Positions 8,300-19,198 of a stretch of DNA of 64,000 nucleotides are shown one piece after another. The DNA is taken from positions 4,721-68,720 of the forward strand of contig JAJFGU010000016.1 in assembly GCA_021775955.1 (NCBI GenBank). Direction: 5' to 3'. Every line of letters begins with the position of its first letter. Within the stretch, counting starts at the first letter, position 1. The stretch is from Alphaproteobacteria bacterium. Lineage in GTDB: Bacteria > Pseudomonadota > Alphaproteobacteria > Micavibrionales > Micavibrionaceae. Under the pieces are notes generated by a model. That model made no database searches. It saw only the letters and a list, made by a program, of their open reading frames with translations, and was not told the origin of the DNA. A program made the translations under genes and the position numbers.

Positions 8300-9055
8300 T
8301 TAAGGATTGAACGGGGCGGAGAGAATATCAATTGGCCCGGAGGTTGATCCCGGCACCTTCACCGGTTCAATCGGCGGCGGTATTTCGGGCTCGTCCTTAA
8401 ATGGCGACTTGAAAGAGAACGGGTCTGTTTCCGGATGCGCGACGGCTTTAACCGCTGCGATTTTCTTGCGGTTATAGGTCAGCTGCTCATTGCTGAGCTG
8501 GAACCCGACCATCACGGTATAGTGTGCCCCTTCCGATTCATGTTTTACCGGAATGATATGGCGTAGCGATTCATAATAAGTGTGGCGATCTTCCCCGTGC
8601 TCATAGGTGATCGAGGCGGCGAAAACCTCTTTGGCCAGAATATCTCCGCCCGGTTCGGTAATGGCCACAAAGAAGGGATAGCTGAAAAACGGCATGTCGC
8701 CGGATTGCGCTCTTCCGTTCGGGCCAAGCTGTCCTGCAAAAGCCAGTTTGAGGTCGACCATGACGCTTTTGGATTTGTACTTACACGAGCTTTCGATCCG
8801 GTTGATATCAACCTGCGAGACCAGGTTGCTGGCATCGGCGTTGTCGTAATCGGCAAACTCATTGAGCGTGGCCAGTTCTTCGACGATATGAACCTGCGGG
8901 CAGGCTCCGTGCAAGACATTGCCATCGCCGGTTAAAGATTGAAAATCCGGCAGGCCAAGATTGTTGATATCCGCCTGCAACCCATCCACCGTTTCACAGG
9001 CAGGCAGGGCAAGAAGGGCTATAACCAACGCAGTAAGGCAATGTGATCTTTTCAT
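8300..9055 (-). CDS. Lipoprotein, unknown function
   Basis: Signal peptide with lipobox LLALPAC. 251 aa. It stops 11 nt upstream of the SIS gene start, so an operon is likely. Confidence 0.6.
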   Translation of the reverse strand: MKRSHCLTALVIALLALPACETVDGLQADINNLGLPDFQSLTGDGNVLHGACPQVHIVEELATLNEFADYDNADASNLVSQVDINRIESSCKYKSKSVMVDLKLAFAGQLGPNGRAQSGDMPFFSYPFFVAITEPGGDILAKEVFAASITYEHGEDRHTYYESLRHIIPVKHESEGAHYTVMVGFQLSNEQLTYNRKKIAAVKAVAHPETDPFSFKSPFKDEPEIPPPIEPVKVPGSTSGPIDILSAPFNP

Positions 9056-9206
9056 CGAAGGCGCTCCGGCACTAGAAAATAAGGCCTTACTCTACGAAAG
9101 CGGGCGGTGCAAAGCAACCCTGCTTCGCCAAGGCTACGCAGGGCTTACGGACTTATTAATAATAGAAGTGTGGATTCAGGCGATTTTATTGCGTATATAG
9201 ACGCCT

Positions 9207-10154
9207 ATGACAAAACGGGATTTAAAAATATTGCTGGCCGCGCCACGGGGGTTTTGCGCCGGGGTGGACCGGGCGATCCAGATCGTTGAGCTGGCGCTGG
9301 AGAAATATGGCGCGCCGGTCTATGTCCGCCATGAGATTGTCCATAATAAATATGTCGTCGATGGCTTGCGGGAAAAAGGCGCGGTGTTTGTCGAGGAGCT
9401 GGCTGAGATTCCAGATGACGGATGCCCGGTTATTTTTTCCGCCCATGGTGTGCCCAAGGCGGTGCCGGAAGACGCCACCAAGCGTGAGATGTTTTATATT
9501 GATGCGACCTGTCCGCTGGTGAGCAAAGTGCACCGTGAGGCCGAGCGGCATTTTAAGGCGGGTGATCAGATTATTCTCATCGGCCATGCCGGTCACCCGG
9601 AAGTGATTGGCACAATGGGGCAACTCCCTCCTGATTCCGTGCTGCTGGTGGAAACGGTGGAGGATGTGGCGAAGCTCGAAGTGCAGAATGCAGAGCGGCT
9701 GGCCTATTGCACACAAACCACGCTCTCGGTTGATGATACGGCAACGATTGTGAGGGCTTTGAAGGCACGCTTTCCGGCAATCAAGGAACCGCATAAGGAA
9801 GACATCTGCTACGCCACCACCAACCGACAGGCGGCAGTGAAGGCGATTGCGCCGCGCAGTGATGCGCTGATGGTCATCGGTGCGCCAAATTCATCCAACT
9901 CCAACCGTCTGGTTGAGGTTGCGGCCTCGCATGGCTGTCCGAAATCGGTGCTGGTGCAGCGGGCCAGCGATATTGACTGGGCGTGGTTTGAAGCGGTGGA
10001 AACGCTGGGCCTGACCGCCGGTGCGTCGGCGCCGGATGTGCTGATTGACGAGGTGATCAATGCGGCCCGCACGCATTTTGATGTGACAATCGAAGAGGTT
10101 CCAATTACGCAGGAAAATGTTAGTTTTAAGATACCAAAAGTTCTGGCAGCATAA
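9207..10154 (+). CDS. ispH: 4-hydroxy-3-methylbut-2-enyl diphosphate reductase
   Basis: [25 protein letters not shown] and NSSNSNRL are canonical IspH/LytB motifs. Confidence 0.95.
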   Translation: MTKRDLKILLAAPRGFCAGVDRAIQIVELALEKYGAPVYVRHEIVHNKYVVDGLREKGAVFVEELAEIPDDGCPVIFSAHGVPKAVPEDATKREMFYIDATCPLVSKVHREAERHFKAGDQIILIGHAGHPEVIGTMGQLPPDSVLLVETVEDVAKLEVQNAERLAYCTQTTLSVDDTATIVRALKARFPAIKEPHKEDICYATTNRQAAVKAIAPRSDALMVIGAPNSSNSNRLVEVAASHGCPKSVLVQRASDIDWAWFEAVETLGLTAGASAPDVLIDEVINAARTHFDVTIEEVPITQENVSFKIPKVLAA

Positions 10155-10919
10155 ATGAAACTCACTTCAGAAGAATTTTTAGCGCAAGGCAACAAGGCGA
10201 TTACCCTGATCGGCATGTCCGGTGCGGGCAAGAGCTATTTATCCGACAAGCTAGAAGAATGGGGCTGGCACAATTATTCCTGCGATTACCTGATCGGCAC
10301 AAAATACCTGAAGGGTCTTGTCGATGGCAAGGCAGACCGGGTGAATGATCCCATGAGCCTGCTCTCTGAATTTGTCGGGAAAATCGGCGACCCGGAAAAA
10401 GGAGGTCTGGCCCGCGAGGAGTTCAAGCGCCGCCAGCAATTATACTACGATGCTGAATGTGAGGCCCTGCGCGATACGCTTCCGGCTCTAGATGAAAGCG
10501 GCGGGCAGCAAAAAAGCTTCGTCAACGATTCCGCCGGCAGCCTGTGCGAGATCGAAGATAAAAAGCTGATTGCTTCTATCGGTGAAAAGACCCTGTTCGT
10601 GTATCTGAAGATTGGACAGGAAAATTATCGGGAATTACTGCGCCGCGCCATTGAATATCCCAAGCCGCTATACTTCCCGCCGAATTTTTTGCGCGAGCGG
10701 CTGGCGCATTACATGAAGGATCTTGATGTCGAGAATGTGGAGGAGGTCGACCCGGATGGGTTTTTGCGCTGGGTGTTTCCTCATCTGTTCGAAACACGGC
10801 TGCCGAAATATCAGGGGCTTGCCGATGAGTACGGGGTGAGCGTGAATATGTCTGAGCTTAAGGACGTCGCAAGTGAAGATGATTTTATTAATATTGTGGC
10901 CCGGGCGCTTGATGAATAG
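10155..10919 (+). CDS. P-loop NTPase, small-molecule-kinase-like
   Basis: Walker A motif [11 protein letters not shown] near the N-terminus. 254 aa. The ATG directly abuts the ispH stop (TAAATG). Confidence 0.45.
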   Translation: MKLTSEEFLAQGNKAITLIGMSGAGKSYLSDKLEEWGWHNYSCDYLIGTKYLKGLVDGKADRVNDPMSLLSEFVGKIGDPEKGGLAREEFKRRQQLYYDAECEALRDTLPALDESGGQQKSFVNDSAGSLCEIEDKKLIASIGEKTLFVYLKIGQENYRELLRRAIEYPKPLYFPPNFLRERLAHYMKDLDVENVEEVDPDGFLRWVFPHLFETRLPKYQGLADEYGVSVNMSELKDVASEDDFINIVARALDE

Positions 10920-10933
10920 GCGGATTAGAAAAC

Positions 10934-11368
10934 ATGACTGATATCGTTGAAATATATACCGATGGTGCGTGCAGCGGAAACCCCGGGCCGGGCGGCTGGG
11001 GCGCGATTATGCGCTGGAACGGTCATGAAAAGGAACTTTCGGGCGGCGAAAAGGACACCACCAATAACCGCATGGAAATGATGGCGGTGATCAAGGCCCT
11101 GGAGGCGCTCACCAAGTCATCGCAGGCCAAGCTTTATACCGACAGCACCTATGTCCAAAAGGGCGTGACCGAATGGATGACGGGCTGGAAAGCCAGGGGT
11201 TGGAAGGGCGCGAACAAGAAACCGATCAAGAATCAGGACCTCTGGTTGCGAATCGATGTGCTGGTTCAGGACCATAATGTGGAATTTCACTGGGTGCGCG
11301 GCCATGATGGCCATCCGGACAACGAACGCGCCGATGAATTGGCGGTGGCTGCAATTCCAAGGGGTTAA
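10934..11368 (+). CDS. rnhA: Ribonuclease HI
   Basis: [24 protein letters not shown], and [18 protein letters not shown]. Confidence 0.95.
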   Translation: MTDIVEIYTDGACSGNPGPGGWGAIMRWNGHEKELSGGEKDTTNNRMEMMAVIKALEALTKSSQAKLYTDSTYVQKGVTEWMTGWKARGWKGANKKPIKNQDLWLRIDVLVQDHNVEFHWVRGHDGHPDNERADELAVAAIPRG

Positions 11369-11504
11369 GCTCTTTACCCACAAACCATAATGATCGTTGT
11401 GTTGATGTTAAGAAACTGTTAAGGGTTTTCAGCGAATGATGGAATGACAGGGTCGCAAAGTTCAATTCCCAAAGAGGCCTGAAATTTTCAACCGGGAGAG
11501 TCAC

Positions 11505-11936
11505 ATGATCAAGCAAACAGAAAACATTATCCTTCCTCTGGAATCCGAGACAGTTTCACAGGGAGCCGATAAAGAAAAAATCGAGGGAATAGTCCACTCG
11601 CGATTTATGAAACATCTGCGCCATGTACCAAACAGCCGAATGGAGATCAAAATTTTGTCCTCCATCCAGTTCACCGCAGACATGCTTGATCACAGTGATG
11701 CCCATGTGGCCAAAGTACTGGTCGATATGGGGCTGCGCGCACCGCGCATGGCTTTCCCGGTTGAGTTTCTGGATTTTGCCGATTCCTGCCTGATGCGCTC
11801 GGGCTGGGAAGTTGGCGGGCCGAGCCAGGCGCTCATTGAATTAAACGAGCATTGGGGCCGCATCGGCGAAGACAAATTCGCCGGGTTCAAACGGCAATAC
11901 TCTCTGCTCGATGATGGTGTCTACGCTAGCGGTTAA
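11505..11936 (+). CDS. Hypothetical protein
   Basis: 143-aa ORF with a GGGAGAG SD-like sequence 4 nt upstream. I recognise no motif. The 3' end overlaps the PBP gene end by 11 nt. Confidence 0.4.
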   Translation: MIKQTENIILPLESETVSQGADKEKIEGIVHSRFMKHLRHVPNSRMEIKILSSIQFTADMLDHSDAHVAKVLVDMGLRAPRMAFPVEFLDFADSCLMRSGWEVGGPSQALIELNEHWGRIGEDKFAGFKRQYSLLDDGVYASG

Positions 11937-13917
11937 GGTTTGAGCTATCCTTTTCCGGCTGGCGTTCGCCACCGGTTATTTTTCGCAGCAAACTTCCAAT
12001 TCCCGATCTCGATGATTTGAGCAGCGATGGTTTCGGCGCTTTGTATTTGCCGTGTGAAGATTCCATCATGTCATGCCATATCTGCGCCGGGAGATTGCCA
12101 CCGGTGACATTTTCCATCGGCGTATTGTCGTCATTGCCAAGCCAGACCGCTCCGATCATTTTATCGCTATAACCGATGAACCAGGCGTCGCGGCTTTCCT
12201 GGCTGGTGCCGGTTTTTCCGGCAGTGGTGAAGGATTGTTTCGCGCGCCGCCCGGTGCCGTTTTCAACCACATTTTCGAGCATTGTGTTCAAGTCGTTTAC
12301 ATGGCTTTTTTCAATCACGCGGTGCGCGCCTCGCCTGCGGCGGCGCTCATAATAAATATTGTCCTCGTCATCGGTGATGCGGGTGATGGCGTAAGGAATG
12401 ACGCTGTGTCCGCCATTGGCAAAACTCACATAGGCTACGCTCATCTCCAGCGGCGACACCACGCTGCTGCCCAGCGCGAGGCTGAGATCGGGCTCGAGCT
12501 TTGAGTGAATACCCAGTCTGCGTGCTGTGGCAATCACGGGGCCGCGCCCGGTTTCTTTCATCAAACGCACGGCGGCAGTGTTGAGGGAGCGGGTCAGCGC
12601 CGTTTCCAGTGTGATCTCGCCGAGATATTCATGATCGAAATTTTTCGGGCGGTAGCTGCCTTTTTTAATCGGCGCATCGAGAATAAGATCATCGGGCTTC
12701 CAGCCTTTTTCCAGCGCGGTTAAATACAGGATCGGTTTAAAGGCCGAGCCGGGCTGACGCCGCGCTTGCGTAATACGGTTGAACTGACTCTCGCGATAGT
12801 TTTTACCGCCGACCATCGCCAGCACCGCGCCGTTTGTATCAAGGATGACAGCCGCGCCCTGGCTCACCGTGCGCTCCTCGCCATAGGTGTTCAGCGTATT
12901 CGTCAGTGCCTTTTCGACGTTGTTCTGAATGTCCGGCTGCAGGGTTGTATGGACAATGAGATCCTGTCGCGGCGTGCCGATCAGATCGTCAATGCCGTCG
13001 ACCACCCAGTCGGTGTAGTAACGTGTCTGGCCAGAGCTGCGCGATTGAGGCCGCGGCGTGGCGGGAATAAGAACCATGCCTTCGGCCTGATCTTGCGTAA
13101 TGTAACCAGCATGAACCATGGCTTTCAAAACCGTGTCGGAGCGCGTGCGGGATAATTCAGGATTTTTCAGCGGCGAATAACGTGAAGGCGCTTTGAGCAG
13201 CCCAGCCAGCGTTGCGGATTCGCGCAAATTGACCTGGCTTGCCGGTTTGCCAAAGTAGAGCCGCGCGGCGGCATCAACACCATACGCGCCGGAGCCGAGA
13301 TAAACGCGGTTCAAATAGGCGCTGAGGATTTCGTCTTTGGTCAGGCCATGTTCGAGCCACAGCGCCAGCATCGCTTCCTGAATTTTACGCTTTAAGGTGC
13401 GCTCGTGAGAGAGGAAAAGATTTTTCGCCAGCTGCTGGGTGATGGTCGAGCCGCCCTGGACCAGCCGCCCTTTTTGCACATTGACCGCCATCGCCCGCGC
13501 GATGCCCATCGGGTCGACGCCGTAATGCTGGTAAAAGCGCCGGTCCTCGGTCGAGATGATCGCGTATATAAGGTGCGAGGGCAGGTCGGAGGTGGTGACG
13601 CTGGTGCGTTTCATATCGCCGTAGCGGGTAATGACCGAGCCGTCGGCGGCCTTGATGATAATGGAGGAGCGGCGCTCGAATGTCGGCGCCTGGGTGATGT
13701 CGGGCAAATCCTGCGCATACCACGCCAGCATCAGGGTGAGCGCAATCCCACCCCACAGCCCGAGGACAAACAACCATTTCACCATACGGCCGAGAAGGGA
13801 GCCCTTTTTCTTCTTTTTGCTCTTCCTGGCTTTCTTGGCCGGGGCCTTCTTTTTCGCGTTTTTCTTTGCTTTTTTAGCCATAGCACTCACAAAATTGACA
13901 TAACGGTGTTTTAGCAT
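11926..13917 (-). CDS. Bifunctional class A penicillin-binding protein (PBP1A family transglycosylase/transpeptidase)
   Basis: GT51 motifs EDRRFYQHYGVD and GGSTITQQLAKN are present, with transpeptidase motif SAFKP and a Lys-rich cytoplasmic tail plus TM. The start may be the ATG at 13881 (MAKKAKK...), which leaves room for the 13895-13922 promoter. Confidence 0.9.
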   Translation of the reverse strand: MLKHRYVNFVSAMAKKAKKNAKKKAPAKKARKSKKKKKGSLLGRMVKWLFVLGLWGGIALTLMLAWYAQDLPDITQAPTFERRSSIIIKAADGSVITRYGDMKRTSVTTSDLPSHLIYAIISTEDRRFYQHYGVDPMGIARAMAVNVQKGRLVQGGSTITQQLAKNLFLSHERTLKRKIQEAMLALWLEHGLTKDEILSAYLNRVYLGSGAYGVDAAARLYFGKPASQVNLRESATLAGLLKAPSRYSPLKNPELSRTRSDTVLKAMVHAGYITQDQAEGMVLIPATPRPQSRSSGQTRYYTDWVVDGIDDLIGTPRQDLIVHTTLQPDIQNNVEKALTNTLNTYGEERTVSQGAAVILDTNGAVLAMVGGKNYRESQFNRITQARRQPGSAFKPILYLTALEKGWKPDDLILDAPIKKGSYRPKNFDHEYLGEITLETALTRSLNTAAVRLMKETGRGPVIATARRLGIHSKLEPDLSLALGSSVVSPLEMSVAYVSFANGGHSVIPYAITRITDDEDNIYYERRRRRGAHRVIEKSHVNDLNTMLENVVENGTGRRAKQSFTTAGKTGTSQESRDAWFIGYSDKMIGAVWLGNDDNTPMENVTGGNLPAQIWHDMMESSHGKYKAPKPSLLKSSRSGIGSLLRKITGGERQPEKDSSNLNR

Positions 13918-13922
13918 ATAAA
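13895..13922 (+). promoter_or_regulatory. Candidate sigma70-type promoter for the DUF218-like gene
   Basis: TTGACA (13895-13900), a 16-nt spacer, then TATAAA (13917-13922), 26 nt upstream of the ATG at 13948. Confidence 0.4.
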
Positions 13923-13947
13923 ACTACCCCCGCAAAGGGGCTTACGC

Positions 13948-14664
13948 ATGGACCATAGTAAAATTGACAAAATCAATGAAACGCTTTTTTTCAAAATGCC
14001 GCCGGCCAGAATGCCGGTGGCGGTCCTGTTTGGTGCCAAAAGCGTTAGCGGTAGTATCGCCCGGGATGCTGCCGCGCTGTACCGGAAAGGGTTGTTTCAA
14101 CAAATCATTCTAACCGGTGGTAACAGGGTATTCGAACCCCATGCTTATCTCGCCTTAAAAGCTTTATACGGGCGTAAGGAAAACCTTCAGGAGAGAGGAA
14201 TCTTAAGTGTGGATTTTCTGAGCGTTGCTACAGAAGTTGATTATATGGAGAAAATTCTTAAAGCAGAAGGAGTGCCGACAGAGAAAACGATAGTCTTCAA
14301 AGATAATAACTCAAAGAATACCAAAGAAAACCTTGAAGAAATTCTCAGGCAACTAAGGCAATTTGACGCGGCAACCTTTATCACTTTTGCGCTGAGCCAA
14401 AGACGAGGTCTTATGACGGCGCGAAAACATCCAGAGCTTAACCGTATGGCCCTGGCGACACATCCGGTTTATCCTTTTGGACTAACAAAAGAAAATTGGC
14501 CTGATTTTAGGAACAAAGGTTTTCTAACAAAATTAATCGTGGAGCATTACCTGTTTGAAGAAATGGACAAGGTTCATCCTGTAATAGGATGCGTTCGAAA
14601 CGGGGATTGTGTAGAAGTTGATATACCAAAGGAAATTGAAAGGCTGGCGCCTTATCTTATTTAA
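13948..14664 (+). CDS. DUF218/YdcF-like protein
   Basis: 238 aa. It has a GxxxILTGGN core and a later NSKNTKEN motif, as remembered for the DUF218 (SanA/ElyC/YdcF) fold. The assignment is tentative. Confidence 0.45.
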   Translation: MDHSKIDKINETLFFKMPPARMPVAVLFGAKSVSGSIARDAAALYRKGLFQQIILTGGNRVFEPHAYLALKALYGRKENLQERGILSVDFLSVATEVDYMEKILKAEGVPTEKTIVFKDNNSKNTKENLEEILRQLRQFDAATFITFALSQRRGLMTARKHPELNRMALATHPVYPFGLTKENWPDFRNKGFLTKLIVEHYLFEEMDKVHPVIGCVRNGDCVEVDIPKEIERLAPYLI

Positions 14665-15194
14665 CTGCAATCCAGCCAGTAGCGCCTTCGCGCGGGGAAC
14701 TGATCCGTCTCGGGGGTTTCGTCATCGAACTGCCCGCCGCAAAACTCAACAACATGACGGCCAACTTCATCCTTCGGGTCAATGGTAATCAAGGCGCGCT
14801 CGATCCCGAGATAACAGACAAACGGCATGCCCTTTTGCAAAATCTTTTTGGCAAAGCCTTTGCCGCGCATCGACGGGCGCACGACAAAATTGATATGGCC
14901 GCCCCATTTTTCGAGGTGCCAGTTTAAACGGTGGCGGATATTAAGCGTGCCGATAAACGCGCCGTCCTTGACCAGCCACAAAACGGTTTCCGGCACCGGC
15001 TCGACCCAGTCGGCATAGGGTTTGTGCAAATGCTTTTTGCCTTCGTTGAGTTTATGGATGAAATCTTCGAAACTGGATTCGACATCCTTGATGTCCAGAA
15101 AGGTGTAGCGGCCCTCATCCTGAAATTCCTTCAGGGCTTCGAGATAGCTTTCCTTGTGCTCTACGGCCGGCTTTACTAACTTTGATGCTGACAT
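14661..15194 (-). CDS. GNAT-family acetyltransferase (COG3981-like)
   Basis: GHINFVVRPSMRGKGFAKKIL is a typical GNAT acetyl-CoA binding segment. 177 aa. Confidence 0.7.
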   Translation of the reverse strand: MSASKLVKPAVEHKESYLEALKEFQDEGRYTFLDIKDVESSFEDFIHKLNEGKKHLHKPYADWVEPVPETVLWLVKDGAFIGTLNIRHRLNWHLEKWGGHINFVVRPSMRGKGFAKKILQKGMPFVCYLGIERALITIDPKDEVGRHVVEFCGGQFDDETPETDQFPARRRYWLDCS

Positions 15195-15243
15195 AAGATG
15201 ATGGTTATAGGCTATTTTCCCTTAAAAGACAAAGCGCTAATGT

Positions 15244-16653
15244 TTAAAACATCAACAGCGCCGCAAGGCCCAAAAAGGCAAAGAATCCAACCACATCGGT
15301 AATGGTGGTCAGCAGCACGGTTGAGGAAATGGCCGGGTCTGAACCCATACGTTGTACCAGGATCGGAATCGCCGCCCCGCACAGCCCGGCAACGATCAGA
15401 TTGATAACCATAGCCATGGCAATCACCACGCCGAGCATGGGAGTGGAAAACCATAAAGCGGCCACCACACCGGTGATCACAGCAAAGGCCGCGCCGTTTA
15501 AAATACCGACCAGTGTTTCCTTCCAGATTACCCGCCAGGTATTTGCTCCGGAAATCTCTTTTGTTGCCAAGGCGCGCACCGCCACCGTAAGGGCCTGCGT
15601 TCCGGCATTGCCGCCCATCGAGGCGACAATCGGCATAAGAATTGCCAGCGCGACAACCTGCTGAATCGTCGCGTCAAAAAACGAAATCACAACCGACGCC
15701 GCGATGGCGGTCATCAGATTAATAAATAGCCAGCGAAAACGCGTTCCCGATGTCGACCACACGGCGCGGTAAAGGTCGCCCTGATCCACCCCGGCCATTT
15801 TTAGGAGATCTTCCTGTGCTTCTTCATCAATCACGTCAACGATATCGTCAATCGTGATCACGCCGATCAGGCGGCCATCATTATCAATCACCGGCGCGGA
15901 CATGAGATTTTCACGGCGGAAAATATGAGCCACTTCTTCCTGATCCATTTCGGCGGGGATGGAATGTGTTTCTTCAAGCATCAGGGTTTCGATTTTTTCG
16001 GACCGCTTGGCGCGCAAGAGTTTGTTCAGAGGAATCTCTCCGGCGATGTGGTAATCCGGGCTGATGGCAAAAATATCAAAGAACTCGTCAGGTAGATCTT
16101 CGCTGGCAGCGCGCAGATAATCGATGGTTTTACCGACGGTCCAGAATTGTGGAATGGCCACCATTTCGCGTTGCATTAGGCGACCGGCACTGTCCTCCGG
16201 AAAGTTCAGTCCCTCTTCCAAAACGACGCGGGTTTTGGCCGAGAGTTTACGGATCACTTCCTGCTGGAAATAGGGATCCATCGTTTCGATCAGCTCAAGG
16301 GCATCATCACTTTCCAACTCGGAAATAATGCCGGCAACCTGCTGGGTCGGCATCGCGGCCAGCGACAAGCGGCACAACTCCGGGGCCATCTCTGTGAAGG
16401 TGGAGGGGTTGAGAACGTCGCAATACATGGCCAGAAGTTCTTTGCGGTCTTCCTCGCCGACCTTGGCAAGAAGATCGGACGTATCGGCCGGGTTTAAATC
16501 TTTTAAGAAGGAGTGGACCGTATCGGAATCCTGCGTGCGGACAGCCTCGGTGATTTCCCTGATGTCATCATCAGCAAGGTGAACTGAAAATTCTTCGGTT
16601 AAGTCCGGGTTGACCGGGCCAGCCGGTATATTTGCTACCGTTTCCTCATTCAT
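15244..16653 (-). CDS. mgtE: Magnesium transporter MgtE
   Basis: N-terminal MgtE_N domain, CBS pair (PVIDNDGRLIGVITIDDIVDVI) and a C-terminal 5-TM domain with the GNAGTQ motif. Confidence 0.95.
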   Translation of the reverse strand: MNEETVANIPAGPVNPDLTEEFSVHLADDDIREITEAVRTQDSDTVHSFLKDLNPADTSDLLAKVGEEDRKELLAMYCDVLNPSTFTEMAPELCRLSLAAMPTQQVAGIISELESDDALELIETMDPYFQQEVIRKLSAKTRVVLEEGLNFPEDSAGRLMQREMVAIPQFWTVGKTIDYLRAASEDLPDEFFDIFAISPDYHIAGEIPLNKLLRAKRSEKIETLMLEETHSIPAEMDQEEVAHIFRRENLMSAPVIDNDGRLIGVITIDDIVDVIDEEAQEDLLKMAGVDQGDLYRAVWSTSGTRFRWLFINLMTAIAASVVISFFDATIQQVVALAILMPIVASMGGNAGTQALTVAVRALATKEISGANTWRVIWKETLVGILNGAAFAVITGVVAALWFSTPMLGVVIAMAMVINLIVAGLCGAAIPILVQRMGSDPAISSTVLLTTITDVVGFFAFLGLAALLMF

Positions 16654-16677
16654 GTCTGGCCTCGTTACAGTAAAAGG

Positions 16678-19017
16678 TTAAGCTGCTTTTTTCTTTGCGG
16701 CTTTCTTTTTGTTTGTCCTGGGTTTGTTTTCAGCTTCATAGGCTTGCGCTGCGACAGTTGAAATTGCGCTCATATTGACAATGCCGCGTGTTGTCGCGGA
16801 TGGTGTCAGAATATGCGCCGGCCGCGCCGCGCCAAGCAGAATCGGACCGATCGTAATGCCATATGCCAGAATTTTAACCATGTTGAAGGTGATGCTGGCG
16901 GATTCAACGTTGGGCATGATCAGCAAATTGGCCATGCCTTCAAATGTCGAGTTGGGCATGGTCCTCTTGCGGACACTTTCTTCCAGCGCTGCATCGGCCT
17001 GCATTTCCCCCTCTACGGCAAGGTCGGGATCGCGGCGTTTAATGTCAGCATAGGCCCCGCGCATTTTGACAGCAGAGGCGTGGTCGCTGTCACCGAAGCT
17101 GGAATGCGAGAGCAGCGCGACATTCGGTTTGATGCCAAAACGTCCCAGCTCCTGCGCCGCCAGCAAGGTCATTTCCGAGAGTTGGGCAATGCTGGGGTCC
17201 GGGTTCACATGGGTATCGCAAAGGAAAAGCGTACCCTTGGGCAGAAGTAATCCGCTTAAAGCCGCCGGCGTTTCAACGCCCGGTTTCAGGCCGATGACAT
17301 CAATTACGTCACGCAAATGGTCGCTGTAATGGCCGATGGTGCCGCAAATTACAGCATCGGCTTCGTTCTTGTGAACCATCAGCGCGCCGATAATGGTGGC
17401 ATTGGTGCGCAGCTTGGTTTGTGCGTCTGTTTGCGTGACGCCTTCGCGTTCCATGATTTTGTGATAGGTCTCCCAGTAGTCGCGGTACCTCGGGTCGTCT
17501 TCCGGGTCGATCAACAAAAAGTCCTTGCGTGGAGCCATGCGCAGACCCAGACGCTGGATGCGCGCGGCGACAACTTTTTCACGGCCAATCAGGATGGGTA
17601 CAGCCACCCCGTCATCCAGAACCATCTGCACAGCCTGGAGCACGCGTTCTTCTTCTCCTTCACAATAGACAATGCGTTTGGGGTCTTCTTTGGCGCGCCT
17701 GTAGATCGGACGCATGACCAGTTGTGAGCGTACATAGAAATGCTGGAGCTTTTGCCTGTAAGCTTCGAAATCCTCGATAGGCCGCGTGGCAACGCCGCTA
17801 TCCATCGCGGCTTTGGCAATGGCACTTGGCAGATCGACAATCAGGCGCGGATCAAATGGCTTGGGAATCAGATAGTCCGCACCGAATTGCAGAACCTCGT
17901 CACTGTAAACGGCGGCGACCTCGGCGGTGGCTTCTTTACGCGCAAGCGCGGCGATGGCCTCGACACAGGCCAGCTTCATTTCCTCATTGATCGCCGTTGC
18001 GCCAACATCCAGCGCGCCACGGAAGATAAACGGAAAGCCGAGCACATTGTTCACCTGATTGGGGTAATCAGAGCGCCCGGTGCAGATAATGGCATCTGGT
18101 TTGGCCTCTCTGGCTTCTTCGGGCATGATTTCCGGTGTTGGGTTGGCCAGCGCCATAATCAGCGGTGCCTTGCCCATTTTCTTAACCATCGCCTTGGTCA
18201 AAACGCCAGGGCCGGACAGACCGAGGAACATATCCGCGCCTTTAATCGCTTCGTTTAATGTACGGTGCTTGGTATCGACGGCGTATTTTGCCTTCTCCGG
18301 GTCCATGCCTTCATTGCGGCCTTCATAAACCACGCCAATACGGTCACATACGATAATGTTCTTCTTTTGAATGCCGAGGCTTTGTAGCAAATTCATGCAG
18401 GCAATCGCAGAGGCGCCGGCGCCCGAGGTCACCAGTTTGATATCTTTCGCCTTGCGTCCGGAAAATTCCAGCCAGTTGCGCACCGCCGCGGTGACGATAA
18501 TCGCTGTGCCGTGCTGGTCGTCGTGGAAAACCGGGATGTTCATGCGTTCTTTGAGACGGCGTTCGATCTCAAAGCATTCCGGCGCTTTGATGTCCTCAAG
18601 ATTGATGCCGCCAAATGTCGGCTCCATCACCGCCACGGCATCAACGAATTTATCGATATCGGTTTCGTCGATCTCAATATCAACGGAATCGATATTGGCG
18701 AATTTCTTAAAGAGCACGGATTTGCCCTCCATCACCGGCTTGGCCGCCAGCGCGCCAATGGCACCAAGGCCAAGCACTGCCGTGCCGTTGGTAATAACCG
18801 CGACCAGATTGCCGCGTGCGGTGTAGTCATAGGCTTTTAAGGGGTCTTTGGCGATTTCCTCACATGGTGCGGCCACACCGGGTGAATAAGCCAGCGCCAG
18901 GTCACGCTGCGTTGCCATGGCGGTGGTTGGGACGATTTCAATTTTTCCGGGCTTTGGCAGCCGGTGATAATCAAGCGCTGCCTGGTATAATGCGTCTTTA
19001 CCGTCTTTTTTTGCCAT
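16678..19017 (-). CDS. maeB: NADP-dependent malic enzyme with C-terminal phosphotransacetylase-like domain
   Basis: 779 aa. It has [35 protein letters not shown] and a PTA-like C-terminal half. Confidence 0.95.
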   Translation of the reverse strand: MAKKDGKDALYQAALDYHRLPKPGKIEIVPTTAMATQRDLALAYSPGVAAPCEEIAKDPLKAYDYTARGNLVAVITNGTAVLGLGAIGALAAKPVMEGKSVLFKKFANIDSVDIEIDETDIDKFVDAVAVMEPTFGGINLEDIKAPECFEIERRLKERMNIPVFHDDQHGTAIIVTAAVRNWLEFSGRKAKDIKLVTSGAGASAIACMNLLQSLGIQKKNIIVCDRIGVVYEGRNEGMDPEKAKYAVDTKHRTLNEAIKGADMFLGLSGPGVLTKAMVKKMGKAPLIMALANPTPEIMPEEAREAKPDAIICTGRSDYPNQVNNVLGFPFIFRGALDVGATAINEEMKLACVEAIAALARKEATAEVAAVYSDEVLQFGADYLIPKPFDPRLIVDLPSAIAKAAMDSGVATRPIEDFEAYRQKLQHFYVRSQLVMRPIYRRAKEDPKRIVYCEGEEERVLQAVQMVLDDGVAVPILIGREKVVAARIQRLGLRMAPRKDFLLIDPEDDPRYRDYWETYHKIMEREGVTQTDAQTKLRTNATIIGALMVHKNEADAVICGTIGHYSDHLRDVIDVIGLKPGVETPAALSGLLLPKGTLFLCDTHVNPDPSIAQLSEMTLLAAQELGRFGIKPNVALLSHSSFGDSDHASAVKMRGAYADIKRRDPDLAVEGEMQADAALEESVRKRTMPNSTFEGMANLLIMPNVESASITFNMVKILAYGITIGPILLGAARPAHILTPSATTRGIVNMSAISTVAAQAYEAENKPRTNKKKAAKKKAA

Positions 19018-19198
19018 GCCCCGTTTCCTTTGCCGTTTTGGTTTTTGCTATCCTAACAGAGAGTGACGGTGAGGCGAAGCTTTCTAAAGCCCACCTTCGC
19101 TCCTTTCAGGAGCTACGGCGCGGCATCCGTTTCACACGCTACAGCGCTTAATCGCGCTGTAGCTAAACTTTCGCTTCACGAAAGTTAGCGAAAGCGGA

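Noticed and set aside
9118-9143. CCCTGC-n14-GCAGGG hairpin upstream of ispH as a regulatory RNA
   Set aside because: It looks like another degenerate member of the dispersed GC-hairpin family. There is no additional conserved structure to support a specific RNA call.
16654-16677. Mg2+ (M-box) riboswitch upstream of mgtE, and leaders upstream of cysK and trpS
   Set aside because: Only 24 nt separate mgtE from the maeB end, 11 nt separate cysK from fdxA, and 5 nt separate trpS from murJ. There is no space for a riboswitch or T-box-like leader.
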